This document shows positions 29,767 to 40,097 of a stretch of 64,000 nt of DNA, in pieces. The notes below the pieces were generated by a model that saw only the letters and a list, made by a program, of their open reading frames with translations, was not told where the DNA came from and did no database searches. Each line of letters opens with the position of its first letter. The first letter of the stretch is position 1. The stretch comes from Clostridia bacterium (GTDB lineage Bacteria > Bacillota > Clostridia > UBA1212 > DUPL01): contig JBMNIW010000012.1 of assembly GCA_050951325.1 (NCBI GenBank), positions 64,001 through 128,000 on the forward strand. Direction: 5' to 3'. The translations under genes were made by a program, and so were the position numbers.

Positions 29767-31116
29767 TCAGTCAGCATAAGAGACCAAATCCGTATCGTAA
29801 GTAAGATATGTAGGATACTTTCCTTTCATGTATATTACATCGGTGTCGTCATGTGCGTTGAAAGGTATGATAGGCCTTATCAGCACATCCGTATCGGAAG
29901 TATCCAGCACCGTATGCGTCCAAGTTTTGCCGTAGTCTGAGGTCACCCACTTTTCAATAGACCACACTCCATCCTTTTCTTTGGATACATACAATGTCTG
30001 CATGTCTTTCTTGTCGAAGGATATACCGCCAAAGTACCTGTTTCCAGGAACAGCAGCCCAGCCTGAGTCGGTTACTGTCTCCAATACCCATTCACCAGTC
30101 GATGCTTCGTAATAGCAGTATTTATAGGAGCAGTTTTCAGGTCCTGTGAACACACCAAACAGACATGCAACCTTATCCCCCATAAAGGATGTGTCAAACA
30201 ATCTTGTTTTAAGCTGGACTTCCTCGGGTACATAAGCTGCATCAAAATCTCTTGGAGTAAGCATTGATGCCTTGCTGGTGTTCAAATCACCAATATGCTT
30301 TCCTCCGGTTGTGTATATATTGCCATCCTGATCAAAGTAACCATAACGTATGGCCTGGTCTTTTCCGTTGTTTGGATGGCATGTCATGAATACATTTATC
30401 TTTCCTCTTGTTTTGTCCGCTTGTGTCCAAAGATAATATTGTCCTCCATTAGGCTCGTTAAGCCAGACCACTTCTTCCGTCCAGGAGTCAGTGGAGTAAT
30501 CATAAACCCGTGTTGCCCAGTTGTTCATACTGTACCTGTAGAAGATTCTGTATTTGGTCTGTCCAATTCTATGAAGCTGGATATATGTAACGGAGCCGGC
30601 ACTTGTTATGCTTTTCTCCTCTGTGAAATTCGATATGTCTTCCACATCAGATATTCTCCATCGGATAAGCTTATCCGCACTGTGTCTTGCATATACGGCC
30701 AAGATTTTGCCATCAGGTAATATGCCTAAAGCAGCCGAGTTATGGTCGTCTTTTTCAAAATTGGCCAGAGTGAATGTCACATATTGTCCTGTCTCGTGAT
30801 CAAGGGATGTAACACTCATCTGGCCATTTTCATTTACATACGAAAGATAAGTTTTGTCTTTCTGTCCTACATATCTCAATGCGAGCGCATTCGTCCACCA
30901 GGTATAGGCTCCGTCTTTGGCAAACACTTTTGGAACTCCTGGCTCGGTGGTCCTGTTTGCAGAAGCATTCAGTTCAGTACCCCAGGTCCAAGTTTCTTTT
31001 TTCATAAAACCTCCACCTTCAGTCAATTTAGGAATGTATATTATGCTAATTGCTATTAAAACAGCACAAACAACAAGTACAATAACGGTTAAAACAATTC
31101 TTGCAGTTGTATTCAT
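29767..31116 (-). CDS. Membrane-anchored BNR-repeat beta-propeller protein
   Basis: N-terminal TM, DDHN, YARH, TSDYGKTW Asp-box. Confidence 0.7.
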   Translation of the reverse strand: MNTTARIVLTVIVLVVCAVLIAISIIYIPKLTEGGGFMKKETWTWGTELNASANRTTEPGVPKVFAKDGAYTWWTNALALRYVGQKDKTYLSYVNENGQMSVTSLDHETGQYVTFTLANFEKDDHNSAALGILPDGKILAVYARHSADKLIRWRISDVEDISNFTEEKSITSAGSVTYIQLHRIGQTKYRIFYRYSMNNWATRVYDYSTDSWTEEVVWLNEPNGGQYYLWTQADKTRGKINVFMTCHPNNGKDQAIRYGYFDQDGNIYTTGGKHIGDLNTSKASMLTPRDFDAAYVPEEVQLKTRLFDTSFMGDKVACLFGVFTGPENCSYKYCYYEASTGEWVLETVTDSGWAAVPGNRYFGGISFDKKDMQTLYVSKEKDGVWSIEKWVTSDYGKTWTHTVLDTSDTDVLIRPIIPFNAHDDTDVIYMKGKYPTYLTYDTDLVSYAD

Positions 31117-31223
31117 CTAATCCCACCCGACAACATACTGTTAAGTCCAGTCTATAGACTGTATATGCACATGTCAACTGCGATAATTGAAAGAATCCAC
31201 TCATTAATATGTAAATTCCACTT

Positions 31224-32036
31224 TTAGACAGAGAACTTCTTTCTATACTCTCCCGGGGTAAGTCCGTATCTTTTCTTGAATTCATTGTAAAAATACTTGC
31301 TGTCCTTGTAGCCTACATAATTCATAATTGAAAGAACGTCTGAATCGGAGCTGCAGAGCATGTGTGCAGCGGTTTCAAGCCTTATCATTTTTGTGTATTC
31401 GGTCAGAGTAAGACCTACCTTTCTTTTAAACAGAATTGAAAAGTATTTTGGTGTAACGTGGGCTTTTTCAGCAAGCAGCTTCAGGGACACCTTTGAGTAG
31501 GAGGATGTGTCCTTAAAGAAGCTGTTAACAAGCTCCAGGAGCTCGTCTCTTGTAAAGTACTGGTTTTGCTCGGAGCAATTATTTACAGGACGCAGCATCT
31601 TCAAAAGGAGGCTTCGGAAGTGATTCTGCAGGATTTTCTCATAGCCTGCCTTTTTGCTGTAGTACTCATACAACATATCCTGAATAATGTTTTTAAACTC
31701 CGCACCTCTCCCCTTGATAACACTTGCTTTAATGTCAACCTGGCAGTCCTTTGGCACTGCTTCGGGCAGGAATATTACATTTATCCAGGCAAAATCCCTG
31801 GAAAGTGGCTGAAATTTGTGGGTATCGTCTTGTACGACACTGACCAGATCACCTGCCTTTATGTTCTGTTGAACGTCGTTTACGGAATATAGTCCATGTC
31901 CCTTTGTTATGTACGTAATTTCAATAAAATCATGAGCGTGTTTCATTATGCCATGGTTGAACATGGATTCGTTCATACATATTTTTTCTCCCTTTCTTGA
32001 AAGCTCGCAAAACTTAAAAACCTTCATGGCTTGCAT
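31224..32036 (-). CDS. AraC-family regulator
   Basis: Cupin HAHDFIEI; C-terminal VGYKDSKYF..FKK..GLTPGEYR. Confidence 0.9.
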   Translation of the reverse strand: MQAMKVFKFCELSRKGEKICMNESMFNHGIMKHAHDFIEITYITKGHGLYSVNDVQQNIKAGDLVSVVQDDTHKFQPLSRDFAWINVIFLPEAVPKDCQVDIKASVIKGRGAEFKNIIQDMLYEYYSKKAGYEKILQNHFRSLLLKMLRPVNNCSEQNQYFTRDELLELVNSFFKDTSSYSKVSLKLLAEKAHVTPKYFSILFKRKVGLTLTEYTKMIRLETAAHMLCSSDSDVLSIMNYVGYKDSKYFYNEFKKRYGLTPGEYRKKFSV

Positions 32037-32200
32037 CCCCCTGTTTTAACCCCTGTTTTTACTCGGACCAATTAATTATACCACACTTGTTGTGTTGAAA
32101 TAGCCTAAAAAAACTTAATGAATTCCACCCCTTTAATTAATTGGTCCGTGTGATAAGATTTATTTAAACATACCGTATAATCACAAAGGGGGTTATATAA

Positions 32201-32929
32201 ATGAGAAAAACTTGGTTTTTGTACGCATTGGTCCTAATCCTTATCCTTTCAAGTTGTACACCCGTTGATGAAGATAAGGATGGTGCTAAATCAACACCCA
32301 CACTATCTATAAGGACTGAAGCCCCGGGTACTACAGAAACACCTGATAAAGAGCCCACTTCGGAACCTACTGAAGAACCATCACCCGAGCCGGTTCCAAC
32401 GGTTGAACCAGGCAAGGAAACGTATGCAGAGGGAATTAAGGATCCTGACAAGGGAGCCAGGTACACTTTCAGACCTTCAAAGGGACGTCCCGACCATATC
32501 ATGATTAACGAGTCATTGGCCACTCAGTTCTTTGCAACGACCACCTTCAATAAACTTGAGTTGGAATGTCCAAGTTACCATGACAATATTGGTACTATTG
32601 TAATGGAGCTTTACAGATGGATGGGCTCATACGACCTTACTTTGGACAAAGATAGCAATCCTCCAGTTGTTGTAGAAGAATTTGTGGATTACCCCGACAA
32701 TGCAATTCTTGCAATTGAGCTTGACGAACCTTTGGTTGACGGTGAGTACCTGCTCTATCTTACAACTCCCGATCCAGCAGAACAGGTTGGTGTTTGGGCA
32801 ACCTATGAAGCGGAAAATTTGCATACAAGAACATACAAGGACAACGAGGAATTTGAAGGAGTAGGTTTTGGTCCAATAATCTACTACACAAAGACGCCCA
32901 ACAAACTTTACGGACCAATTTCAGGCTAA
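32201..32929 (+). CDS. Lipoprotein with Pro/Thr/Glu linker
   Basis: Lipobox LSSC; LYRW..SY...GEYLL domain. Confidence 0.75.
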   Translation: MRKTWFLYALVLILILSSCTPVDEDKDGAKSTPTLSIRTEAPGTTETPDKEPTSEPTEEPSPEPVPTVEPGKETYAEGIKDPDKGARYTFRPSKGRPDHIMINESLATQFFATTTFNKLELECPSYHDNIGTIVMELYRWMGSYDLTLDKDSNPPVVVEEFVDYPDNAILAIELDEPLVDGEYLLYLTTPDPAEQVGVWATYEAENLHTRTYKDNEEFEGVGFGPIIYYTKTPNKLYGPISG

Positions 32930-32943
32930 AGGAAAGCAATATA

Positions 32944-34680
32944 ATGAAAATGTATGAATACCAATCCTTTCAAGAATCAGACAAAAAAGTACTCATGTTT
33001 TATCACTTGTGGCATGGATGTTTTACAGAAAGTGCTGTTAATATCGACATTCATGCCCCAAGGAACATAACCAGAACAATAAAGGAGAACAGAGATGCCC
33101 TTAATAACGAAGATATTTGGGGCCCCTATATCTCCTATCACTATTGGGGAGAGCCCTTGTTTGGTTACTATGATCTTGCCAAGGATGAGTATGTTATTAG
33201 AAAGCATGCACAAATGCTAACAGATGGCGGCGTGGACGGCATTGTAATTGACTACTCCAATTACATGGGAGGTCGCGGAAAAGCCTATACAAAAAATGAG
33301 CTCACAAATCTGCTAGAGACATATTTAAAAATGAGGGAAGAAGGAAACAGAACACCCGATGTAGCCATAATGTGCACCTGGAGCGCAGAAGAAGGTGCCA
33401 GGGCTGCCAATGACTTTTATGAAGACTTTTACTCTAAGGACAAATATTACGATATTTGGTTCAAGTGGGAAGGCAAGCCCCTTATACTTGTACATCCTCA
33501 AAAGATTTCATATGAGCTCAAAGACTTCTTTACCACAAGAAGGCCCTATCCTTTCTTGACACCCGTTGACGAGGAAAATGCCTGGCCCTGGCTTTCACTA
33601 TACCCACAAAAATGCGGGTATACGAAGGACAACCCGAAAGAAGTTGTTTCTGTAGGAATTGCCCAAAACTGGTCTGATAGTCTTGACTTTTTCAGTGCAA
33701 GAGATGAAAAAGGCCACTTTATAACCAGAGGAAGAAGCTGGTCTTCAAAAGGGCACAAGCTTCTAAAGGATCCTACCAGCAGTCTTTACGAAAGCCATAA
33801 AGGTGCAAATTTCAACGAATGCTTTGAAAGAGCGATAGAGCTTGATCCAAACGTCATTTTTGTAACTGGCTTTAATGAATGGATTGCTGCAAGATTTAAA
33901 AATGTACCCAGTTGGGCACGAATGTCAAAGGACACAACTCCACCTTTTGGGGCCTTTTGCGATGCCTTTACCACGGAGTTCAGCCGTGACATTGAACCCA
34001 CCAGAGAAGAGGAACTCAAAGACAGTTTCTATTTGATGCTGGTGGAGAATGTTCGCAGGTATAAGAGGGTGGAGAGTAAAACTGATATAATTGTTCCAAT
34101 CAGAATTGAAATCGACGGTAATTTTGAAGATTGGGATGGTGTAGAAAATGAATATCACGACGATGTTAATGATATTGCAAACAGACATGCTCAAGGTATA
34201 GGAAGACATGTCTATGTAAACACAACAGGAAGAAACGATTTTAAACTAATGAAAGTTGCCTATGACAATGATTACATATTCTTCTTCTGTGAAACAGTGT
34301 CTGACATTACACCATATACTGACGAGAACTGGATGAATCTCCTTTTGCATGTATCTTTTGACAGACCCCACTGGGAAGGTTACAATTTTATCGTAAACAG
34401 AACAGGAGTCAGGAATAACCACACAACTCTTGAAAAGTCCTTGGGAGGTTTCAACTGGGAAGTTGTAGACGATAAAATACCGTACCGAGTAAAAGGCAAC
34501 AAGCTGGAGCTGGCTATAAAGAGAAATGTTCTTGGCGTTTGTGACAAGGATATTGACTTTATGTTTAAATGGTGCGACAACATTAAGTACGAAGATATTC
34601 TCAACTTTTACACCGATGGCGACACAGCTCCCAATGGAAGATTCAATTTCAGGTTTTGTACAAAGGAGGTACAGACATGA
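32944..34680 (+). CDS. GH99/GH71-like TIM-barrel glycosidase-like protein, no signal peptide
   Basis: FYHLWH, HYWGEPLFGYY, IRKHAQML...VD, FNEW. Confidence 0.65.
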   Translation: MKMYEYQSFQESDKKVLMFYHLWHGCFTESAVNIDIHAPRNITRTIKENRDALNNEDIWGPYISYHYWGEPLFGYYDLAKDEYVIRKHAQMLTDGGVDGIVIDYSNYMGGRGKAYTKNELTNLLETYLKMREEGNRTPDVAIMCTWSAEEGARAANDFYEDFYSKDKYYDIWFKWEGKPLILVHPQKISYELKDFFTTRRPYPFLTPVDEENAWPWLSLYPQKCGYTKDNPKEVVSVGIAQNWSDSLDFFSARDEKGHFITRGRSWSSKGHKLLKDPTSSLYESHKGANFNECFERAIELDPNVIFVTGFNEWIAARFKNVPSWARMSKDTTPPFGAFCDAFTTEFSRDIEPTREEELKDSFYLMLVENVRRYKRVESKTDIIVPIRIEIDGNFEDWDGVENEYHDDVNDIANRHAQGIGRHVYVNTTGRNDFKLMKVAYDNDYIFFFCETVSDITPYTDENWMNLLLHVSFDRPHWEGYNFIVNRTGVRNNHTTLEKSLGGFNWEVVDDKIPYRVKGNKLELAIKRNVLGVCDKDIDFMFKWCDNIKYEDILNFYTDGDTAPNGRFNFRFCTKEVQT

Positions 34681-36665
34681 CAAGAAAAATATTGGCAATA
34701 CTTCTTTGCCTTCTTATGGCTGCCACACTAATGGGCAATACACCCTTTTGGGATACATACCCCGATACATGGGTGCTGATTGATGAACTGGGGAGGGAAA
34801 CTCCCACCGCAAAGGAAACCGGCCCTGTCAGGAAGGATAAATACGTAGTAATTTTCTATCACATATGGCATGGGGATTTCATGGCTCCCACAGTAAGCAG
34901 CGACCCTCAGGCTCCCAGGAATGTATCCAGGATAATCAGGGAGAATGAGGACTGGCATACCAATACGAAACTTTGGGGACCAAACATATCCTATCACTAC
35001 TGGGGTGAGCCCTTGTTTGGTTACTATGATCTGGCCAACGATGAGTATGTCATCAGGAAGCACGCACAAATGCTTTCAGACTGCGGCGTTGATGCGATAG
35101 TCATTGACTATTCAAACTACATGGGTGGCGGCGGCATGGGATACACCAAAAAGGCTTTAACTAATCTTCTCAATGTTTTTAACAAGATAAGGTCCGAGGG
35201 TAAGAAAACTCCTCAAGTAATGTTTTTGTGCACCTGGGGTCTTTCTGAAAGCGCAAAGGCAGCTCAAGACTTCTACAATGATTTTTATACGAAGAAAGAG
35301 TACAAGGACCTTTGGTTCATATATGAGGGAAAACCGTTGATTCTGGCACATCCGGACTACATGAGTGATGAACTTAAAAGCTTCTTTACAATAAGGAAAC
35401 CCTATCCTTTTTATACTCCTGTAGATGCTGAAAACACATGGCCCTGGCTGTCCCTTTATCCTCAGGAGCCTGGATATACGCAGGACAATCCTTGCGAGGT
35501 GGTTTCCGTAGGTGTTGCACAGAACTGGTCTGAGAGTCTGGATTTCATGAGTTCCCAGGATGAAAACGGCAACTTTATCGCAAGAGGAAGAAGCTTTACT
35601 TCAAAGAATCAAAAGCTTTTGAAAAATCCAACAAGTAGTGAATACGAAAGCGCAAAGGGTCTAAACTTCCAAGAAAGCTTTGACAGGGCGATCGAACTTG
35701 ATCCCACCGTTATTTTCGTCACAGCATTCAACGAATGGATCGCAGCAAGGTTTTTGGATATTCCTGACTGGGCTGCTTTATCCAAGAACCCGACTCCACC
35801 TTTTGGCGGTTTCTGCGATGTCTTTACAACCGAATTCAGCAGAGACATAGAACCTACCAGGGAAGGTGGTCTTAACGACAATTTCTACAACCAACTGGCA
35901 ATAAACATTAGAAGGTTCAAGGGTACCGGCAAACAGAAGCATGAAGCAAAGCCAAAAACCATAACAATCGATGGTGACTTTGGCGACTGGGATGACATTC
36001 ACCTTGAGTACAGGGACGATATGTATGACATTTCAGTCAGGGATGCAAAGGGTATTGGCAAAAACCATTATATAAACACGTCTGGAAGAAATGACTTTAA
36101 AGTCTGCAAAGTAACCCATGACAACAATAACGTATATTTCTATGTGGAAACTATGGAGCCTCTTACTCCCTTTGACGGGCCTTACTGGATGAATCTTTTT
36201 ATTCGTGTTAAAGGCAAAGGTGCTCATGACAAGTCCTGGGAAGGCTTCCAATACATTCTTAGCAGAAGAAATGTAAGTGAAGACTACACCCGTCTTGAAA
36301 GAAGCACCGGAGGTTGGAACTGGGAAATTGTTTACGACTACGTTGAATACAAGGTAACAGAAAACAAGATGGAACTTGCAATTCCGCGTTATGCTCTTGG
36401 TATAGACAATACTAAAAACATTGACATAGAGTTTAAATGGTTTGACAATATGCAGCATGAAGGCGACCCTTTGGAGTTCTATTTAAACGGAGACACGGCT
36501 CCAAACCAGAGGTTTGCTTACTCATACAGATTTATTGGCGATAACAAAGGCGATAAATCACCTGCTTTGACAATAGCTTTAGGAGCAGGACTGGTTGTAC
36601 TATCCATTTTAATTGTGATAGTAATACTAATATCAAATAAAAAGAAGAGGGGTATTAATGGTTAA
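34677..36665 (+). CDS. GH99/GH71-like paralog with signal peptide and C-terminal TM anchor
   Basis: Same motifs as upstream gene; ATG overlaps upstream stop; AGGAGG RBS. Confidence 0.65.
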   Translation: MTRKILAILLCLLMAATLMGNTPFWDTYPDTWVLIDELGRETPTAKETGPVRKDKYVVIFYHIWHGDFMAPTVSSDPQAPRNVSRIIRENEDWHTNTKLWGPNISYHYWGEPLFGYYDLANDEYVIRKHAQMLSDCGVDAIVIDYSNYMGGGGMGYTKKALTNLLNVFNKIRSEGKKTPQVMFLCTWGLSESAKAAQDFYNDFYTKKEYKDLWFIYEGKPLILAHPDYMSDELKSFFTIRKPYPFYTPVDAENTWPWLSLYPQEPGYTQDNPCEVVSVGVAQNWSESLDFMSSQDENGNFIARGRSFTSKNQKLLKNPTSSEYESAKGLNFQESFDRAIELDPTVIFVTAFNEWIAARFLDIPDWAALSKNPTPPFGGFCDVFTTEFSRDIEPTREGGLNDNFYNQLAINIRRFKGTGKQKHEAKPKTITIDGDFGDWDDIHLEYRDDMYDISVRDAKGIGKNHYINTSGRNDFKVCKVTHDNNNVYFYVETMEPLTPFDGPYWMNLFIRVKGKGAHDKSWEGFQYILSRRNVSEDYTRLERSTGGWNWEIVYDYVEYKVTENKMELAIPRYALGIDNTKNIDIEFKWFDNMQHEGDPLEFYLNGDTAPNQRFAYSYRFIGDNKGDKSPALTIALGAGLVVLSILIVIVILISNKKKRGING

Positions 36666-38496
36666 AGATGTATTCTATGAATTGCCTGCAGGAAGTGTTA
36701 AAATTGACGGGCTGTTTGAGGACAAAATCAACAACATTGTGGAAAACACATTGAAAAAACTCAATTATGAGAAACTGGTGGACTTTTTCAGGCTTACACT
36801 CAATCAGTTTGCCACAGGAGAATTCTGGGGTAAAACGGTTCGTGCAGGCTGTCTTCTGTATAATTTCACCCAGGATGAGGAACTGTTTAGTATCCTGGAG
36901 GAAACGGTAAACGACATGCTGTCTGTTCAAAAGGAGGACGGATGCATTAGTACAGTACCTTATGAAACCCAGCCCAACGGAACTCACGGCTCTGATATGT
37001 GGGAGAGAAAGTATGCAATGCTTGGTCTTCTTTCTTACTATGACATTACAGGCAGAGAAGATGTTCTGAACGCAATAATGAGGCTTTGCGACTATACAAT
37101 CTCGCAAGTAGGCAATCCGCCAAAAACACCTATTACTGAAACAGGCTGGGCGTTTTACGGCATAGAGTCCAGCTCCATTCTTGAGCCTGTAGTGAGGTTG
37201 TATAATATAACAAGGGAAAAGAGATATCTTGATTTTGCCAAATATATCATAGATTCAGGGGCATGCAAGAGGGAGAATATCTTTGAGGCAATATACAAAA
37301 AGGAACCAAAGGATATAGGAGGCAATGGCATACCTGAAGAAAGCATTGCAAAAGCCTATGAAATGATGTCCTGCTTTGAAGGTATGCTTGAGTTCTACAG
37401 GGCAACCGGCGATGAAAAATACAAGGAAAATGTACAAATCTTTTATGACAAACTTATCGAGCAGGAAATCACCCTGTTAGGCTCTGGTGGAGCTAACAAG
37501 CCCTTTAACTTAGGTCCTGGAATTGGCGAGCAGTGGAACCATACCGCCTACGAGCAGACAAATCCAGATATTGATCTTATGATGGAAACTTGTGTGACTG
37601 TTTACTGGATGAAGCTTTGTCATCAGCTTTTTAGACTGACAGGCAACTCAAAGATTGCGGATCAGCTAGAAATTTCTGCATACAATGCACTAATCGGCGC
37701 TATAAAGCCGGATGGGAAATTCTTTGAGTACTTCCCCAGATTCAATGGAACAAGGAATCCAAAGGTCAACTACAGTTTTAATATTGATGGGTTCGACTTA
37801 AGCTGCTGCACAGCAAACGGTCCTACAGGTCTTGCACTGTTTGCTTCTGGCATATACATGAAGACTGAAAACGGACTTGCCATAAACTATTATGTACCAG
37901 GAAAAGTCACACTGGAGGACTTTAGCCTTGTTGTTGATACTGATTATCCTGTTACAGGCAGAGTGAATCTCAAGGTGGAGACAAAGGAAAAGAAGCAAAT
38001 GGAACTAATGTTCAGAGTACCTTCCTGGACAAAAGCTTTTACAATTCGTATAAATGATGAAGATGTAACAAATATTGATAATGGATATGCAAAGGTTGAC
38101 AGACTGTGGCAGAGTGGCGATTTAATAAGCCTAGATATTGACATGACATGCAAAGTGTTTGATGCTCCTCTTGGTAGCAACAGATTAGGCGACGATTTCG
38201 CAGCCGTTATGAGAGGTCCGATTCTTCTTGCAAGAGACAGAAGGCTCGGAGAAGACATTTATGAAAAAGTTTCTTTCTGGCATCTTGATTTTGAACCGAG
38301 AAAGCAGCAAAAGAGGGTGCGTGAATACGACAGCGAGCCTGAATGCATTCTGGTAGAACCTGAGATTGACGCACTTATGCAGGTAAAAATCAAGACAGAC
38401 AAGGGATATATAAATATGATTGATTACCAGTCTGCAGGCATTACATGGGATGAAAGCTCCGAGTTTGCAAGCTGGTTGCCTAGAGAAAACAGATAA
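36658..38496 (+). CDS. GH127 beta-L-arabinofuranosidase-like protein
   Basis: GEFWGK, METC, SCC, TDYP, RVPSW, RGP. Confidence 0.85.
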   Translation: MVKDVFYELPAGSVKIDGLFEDKINNIVENTLKKLNYEKLVDFFRLTLNQFATGEFWGKTVRAGCLLYNFTQDEELFSILEETVNDMLSVQKEDGCISTVPYETQPNGTHGSDMWERKYAMLGLLSYYDITGREDVLNAIMRLCDYTISQVGNPPKTPITETGWAFYGIESSSILEPVVRLYNITREKRYLDFAKYIIDSGACKRENIFEAIYKKEPKDIGGNGIPEESIAKAYEMMSCFEGMLEFYRATGDEKYKENVQIFYDKLIEQEITLLGSGGANKPFNLGPGIGEQWNHTAYEQTNPDIDLMMETCVTVYWMKLCHQLFRLTGNSKIADQLEISAYNALIGAIKPDGKFFEYFPRFNGTRNPKVNYSFNIDGFDLSCCTANGPTGLALFASGIYMKTENGLAINYYVPGKVTLEDFSLVVDTDYPVTGRVNLKVETKEKKQMELMFRVPSWTKAFTIRINDEDVTNIDNGYAKVDRLWQSGDLISLDIDMTCKVFDAPLGSNRLGDDFAAVMRGPILLARDRRLGEDIYEKVSFWHLDFEPRKQQKRVREYDSEPECILVEPEIDALMQVKIKTDKGYINMIDYQSAGITWDESSEFASWLPRENR

Positions 38497-38504
38497 GAGT
38501 ATTG

Positions 38505-38537
38505 AAAAATGCCAGAGGTTTTAGCCTCTGGCATTTT
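38505..38537. terminator. Bidirectional terminator
   Basis: AAAATGCCAGAGG-tttag-CCTCTGGCATTTT between convergent genes. Confidence 0.8.
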
Positions 38538-38539
38538 AT

Positions 38540-40096
38540 TTACTCACCAATTTTTAGTATCGGTGTAAGTCTCTCATTTAAAGATTCCGCATCCACAATA
38601 AATTCTTCAAAGGTACGGGTCTTTTCCTTGTTCCAGGTATTCTCGCTAAGAGCAGGAAGTCTTTCAAGAAGCAACCTCATCTCCTCTTTAACACCGTCTT
38701 CAACATTCTCAAATTGCTTTTCAATGTGGTCTCCCCATGCCAGCAATTGTCCTCCAATAACCTTGTCATGAGGCTCAATCTTGATTCCACCTGTTTTAAT
38801 ATATGGGGACTGGGGATGCACAGGCTTCCATGAGAAAATATCCCACTCGAAGACTTCCTCCACCGGCCATTTCGCCACAGGAGTTACAACATACATGGGA
38901 TTCCATGAGCAGTTGATTATTGTAAATCCACCCTCAAGTAGGTCTGGTGTTATCTGATAGTAGTTCTCCCAGCTCATGACGATGATATCCTTTGATACCA
39001 TGTCGTTAACCTCTTTAGCAAAGCCTTCCCAAACTATCGGAGTTTTTTCATTCTTGAACACCACATTTCCAATACGGGAGACGAAATGTGCAAGCATCTG
39101 TTCTGACAAAAGTCTCTTATCGGACATGTCCGAGTCAATTCCTTGTGTCTTTGCATAGTCCCTGCACCTCTTGCACTGGGTCCAGTTTGCTATAGCGGCT
39201 TCATCTCCACCTATGTGAATGTATTTGGAGTATTTAAAGATTTCACACAGCTCGTCAAATATTGTCTCAAGAGCCTCAAAAGCATCCTCATGCTGGTGGA
39301 TGATACCGCCAAATCCGAATATCTTCGAGTATTTCTGCTGGAATTGAGTACAGTGCCCTGGTATGTCTATCTCAGGCATAAGTTCAATGCCTCTTTCATG
39401 GGCATATTCAACCAAAGTATTCAGCTGTTCCTTTGTGTAATGCCTGTTCTCTGTTGGAAGATCAGGATATGCATCACTTGGCAGAGTATAGCTCTGGTCG
39501 TCCGTAAAGTGGAGATGCAGTACAGATATTTTGTAGAAATAGCACATGTCAACATAGTTTAAGAGATACTCAAACTCATGCCAATCTCTTGCCAGATCCA
39601 CCATCATGCCTCTGTAGGTGGAATCAGGGGCATCGTTTATCTCCACTGCCGGGATATATATTCCGTCTTCCGCCTTCTCCATAATTTGAAGAAGAGTTGC
39701 AAGGCCATTGTTAATGCCCTTTTCAGTTGATGCGTAAACTTTTATGCTTTTTTTGTCCGCAACAATTCTGTATGCTTCGCCATCAAGCCCATTGTCTTTA
39801 TTCAATACGATATCCGCTTTATTATTTTCCTTGAACTCAACGTCAAAAAGCTTTTTGCCATACTCGCTAAAGGAGTTCATGGCATTTTTAAACTCGTTTT
39901 CCTCAGTCTTTATGGTTGCATTGTACTTGTACGCTTTATATTCACCCTTGTCGTTCTTCTCGCCGTTTATCTCCTTGGGATTTGGCACCAAGTTGAAAGA
40001 CTCAACAAATTTGCTCTCCCTGTTGAATCCCTGACAGGCACCTAATACACCTAGCAGCATAAACGACAAAATGATGTATAAAGTCTTCTTTAGCAT
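38540..40096 (-). CDS. GH20 beta-N-acetylhexosaminidase lipoprotein
   Basis: Lipobox LGAC, RGMMVDLAR, HLHFTDDQ, PEIDIPGH, HIGGDE. Confidence 0.92.
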   Translation of the reverse strand: MLKKTLYIILSFMLLGVLGACQGFNRESKFVESFNLVPNPKEINGEKNDKGEYKAYKYNATIKTEENEFKNAMNSFSEYGKKLFDVEFKENNKADIVLNKDNGLDGEAYRIVADKKSIKVYASTEKGINNGLATLLQIMEKAEDGIYIPAVEINDAPDSTYRGMMVDLARDWHEFEYLLNYVDMCYFYKISVLHLHFTDDQSYTLPSDAYPDLPTENRHYTKEQLNTLVEYAHERGIELMPEIDIPGHCTQFQQKYSKIFGFGGIIHQHEDAFEALETIFDELCEIFKYSKYIHIGGDEAAIANWTQCKRCRDYAKTQGIDSDMSDKRLLSEQMLAHFVSRIGNVVFKNEKTPIVWEGFAKEVNDMVSKDIIVMSWENYYQITPDLLEGGFTIINCSWNPMYVVTPVAKWPVEEVFEWDIFSWKPVHPQSPYIKTGGIKIEPHDKVIGGQLLAWGDHIEKQFENVEDGVKEEMRLLLERLPALSENTWNKEKTRTFEEFIVDAESLNERLTPILKIGE

Positions 40097-40097
40097 T

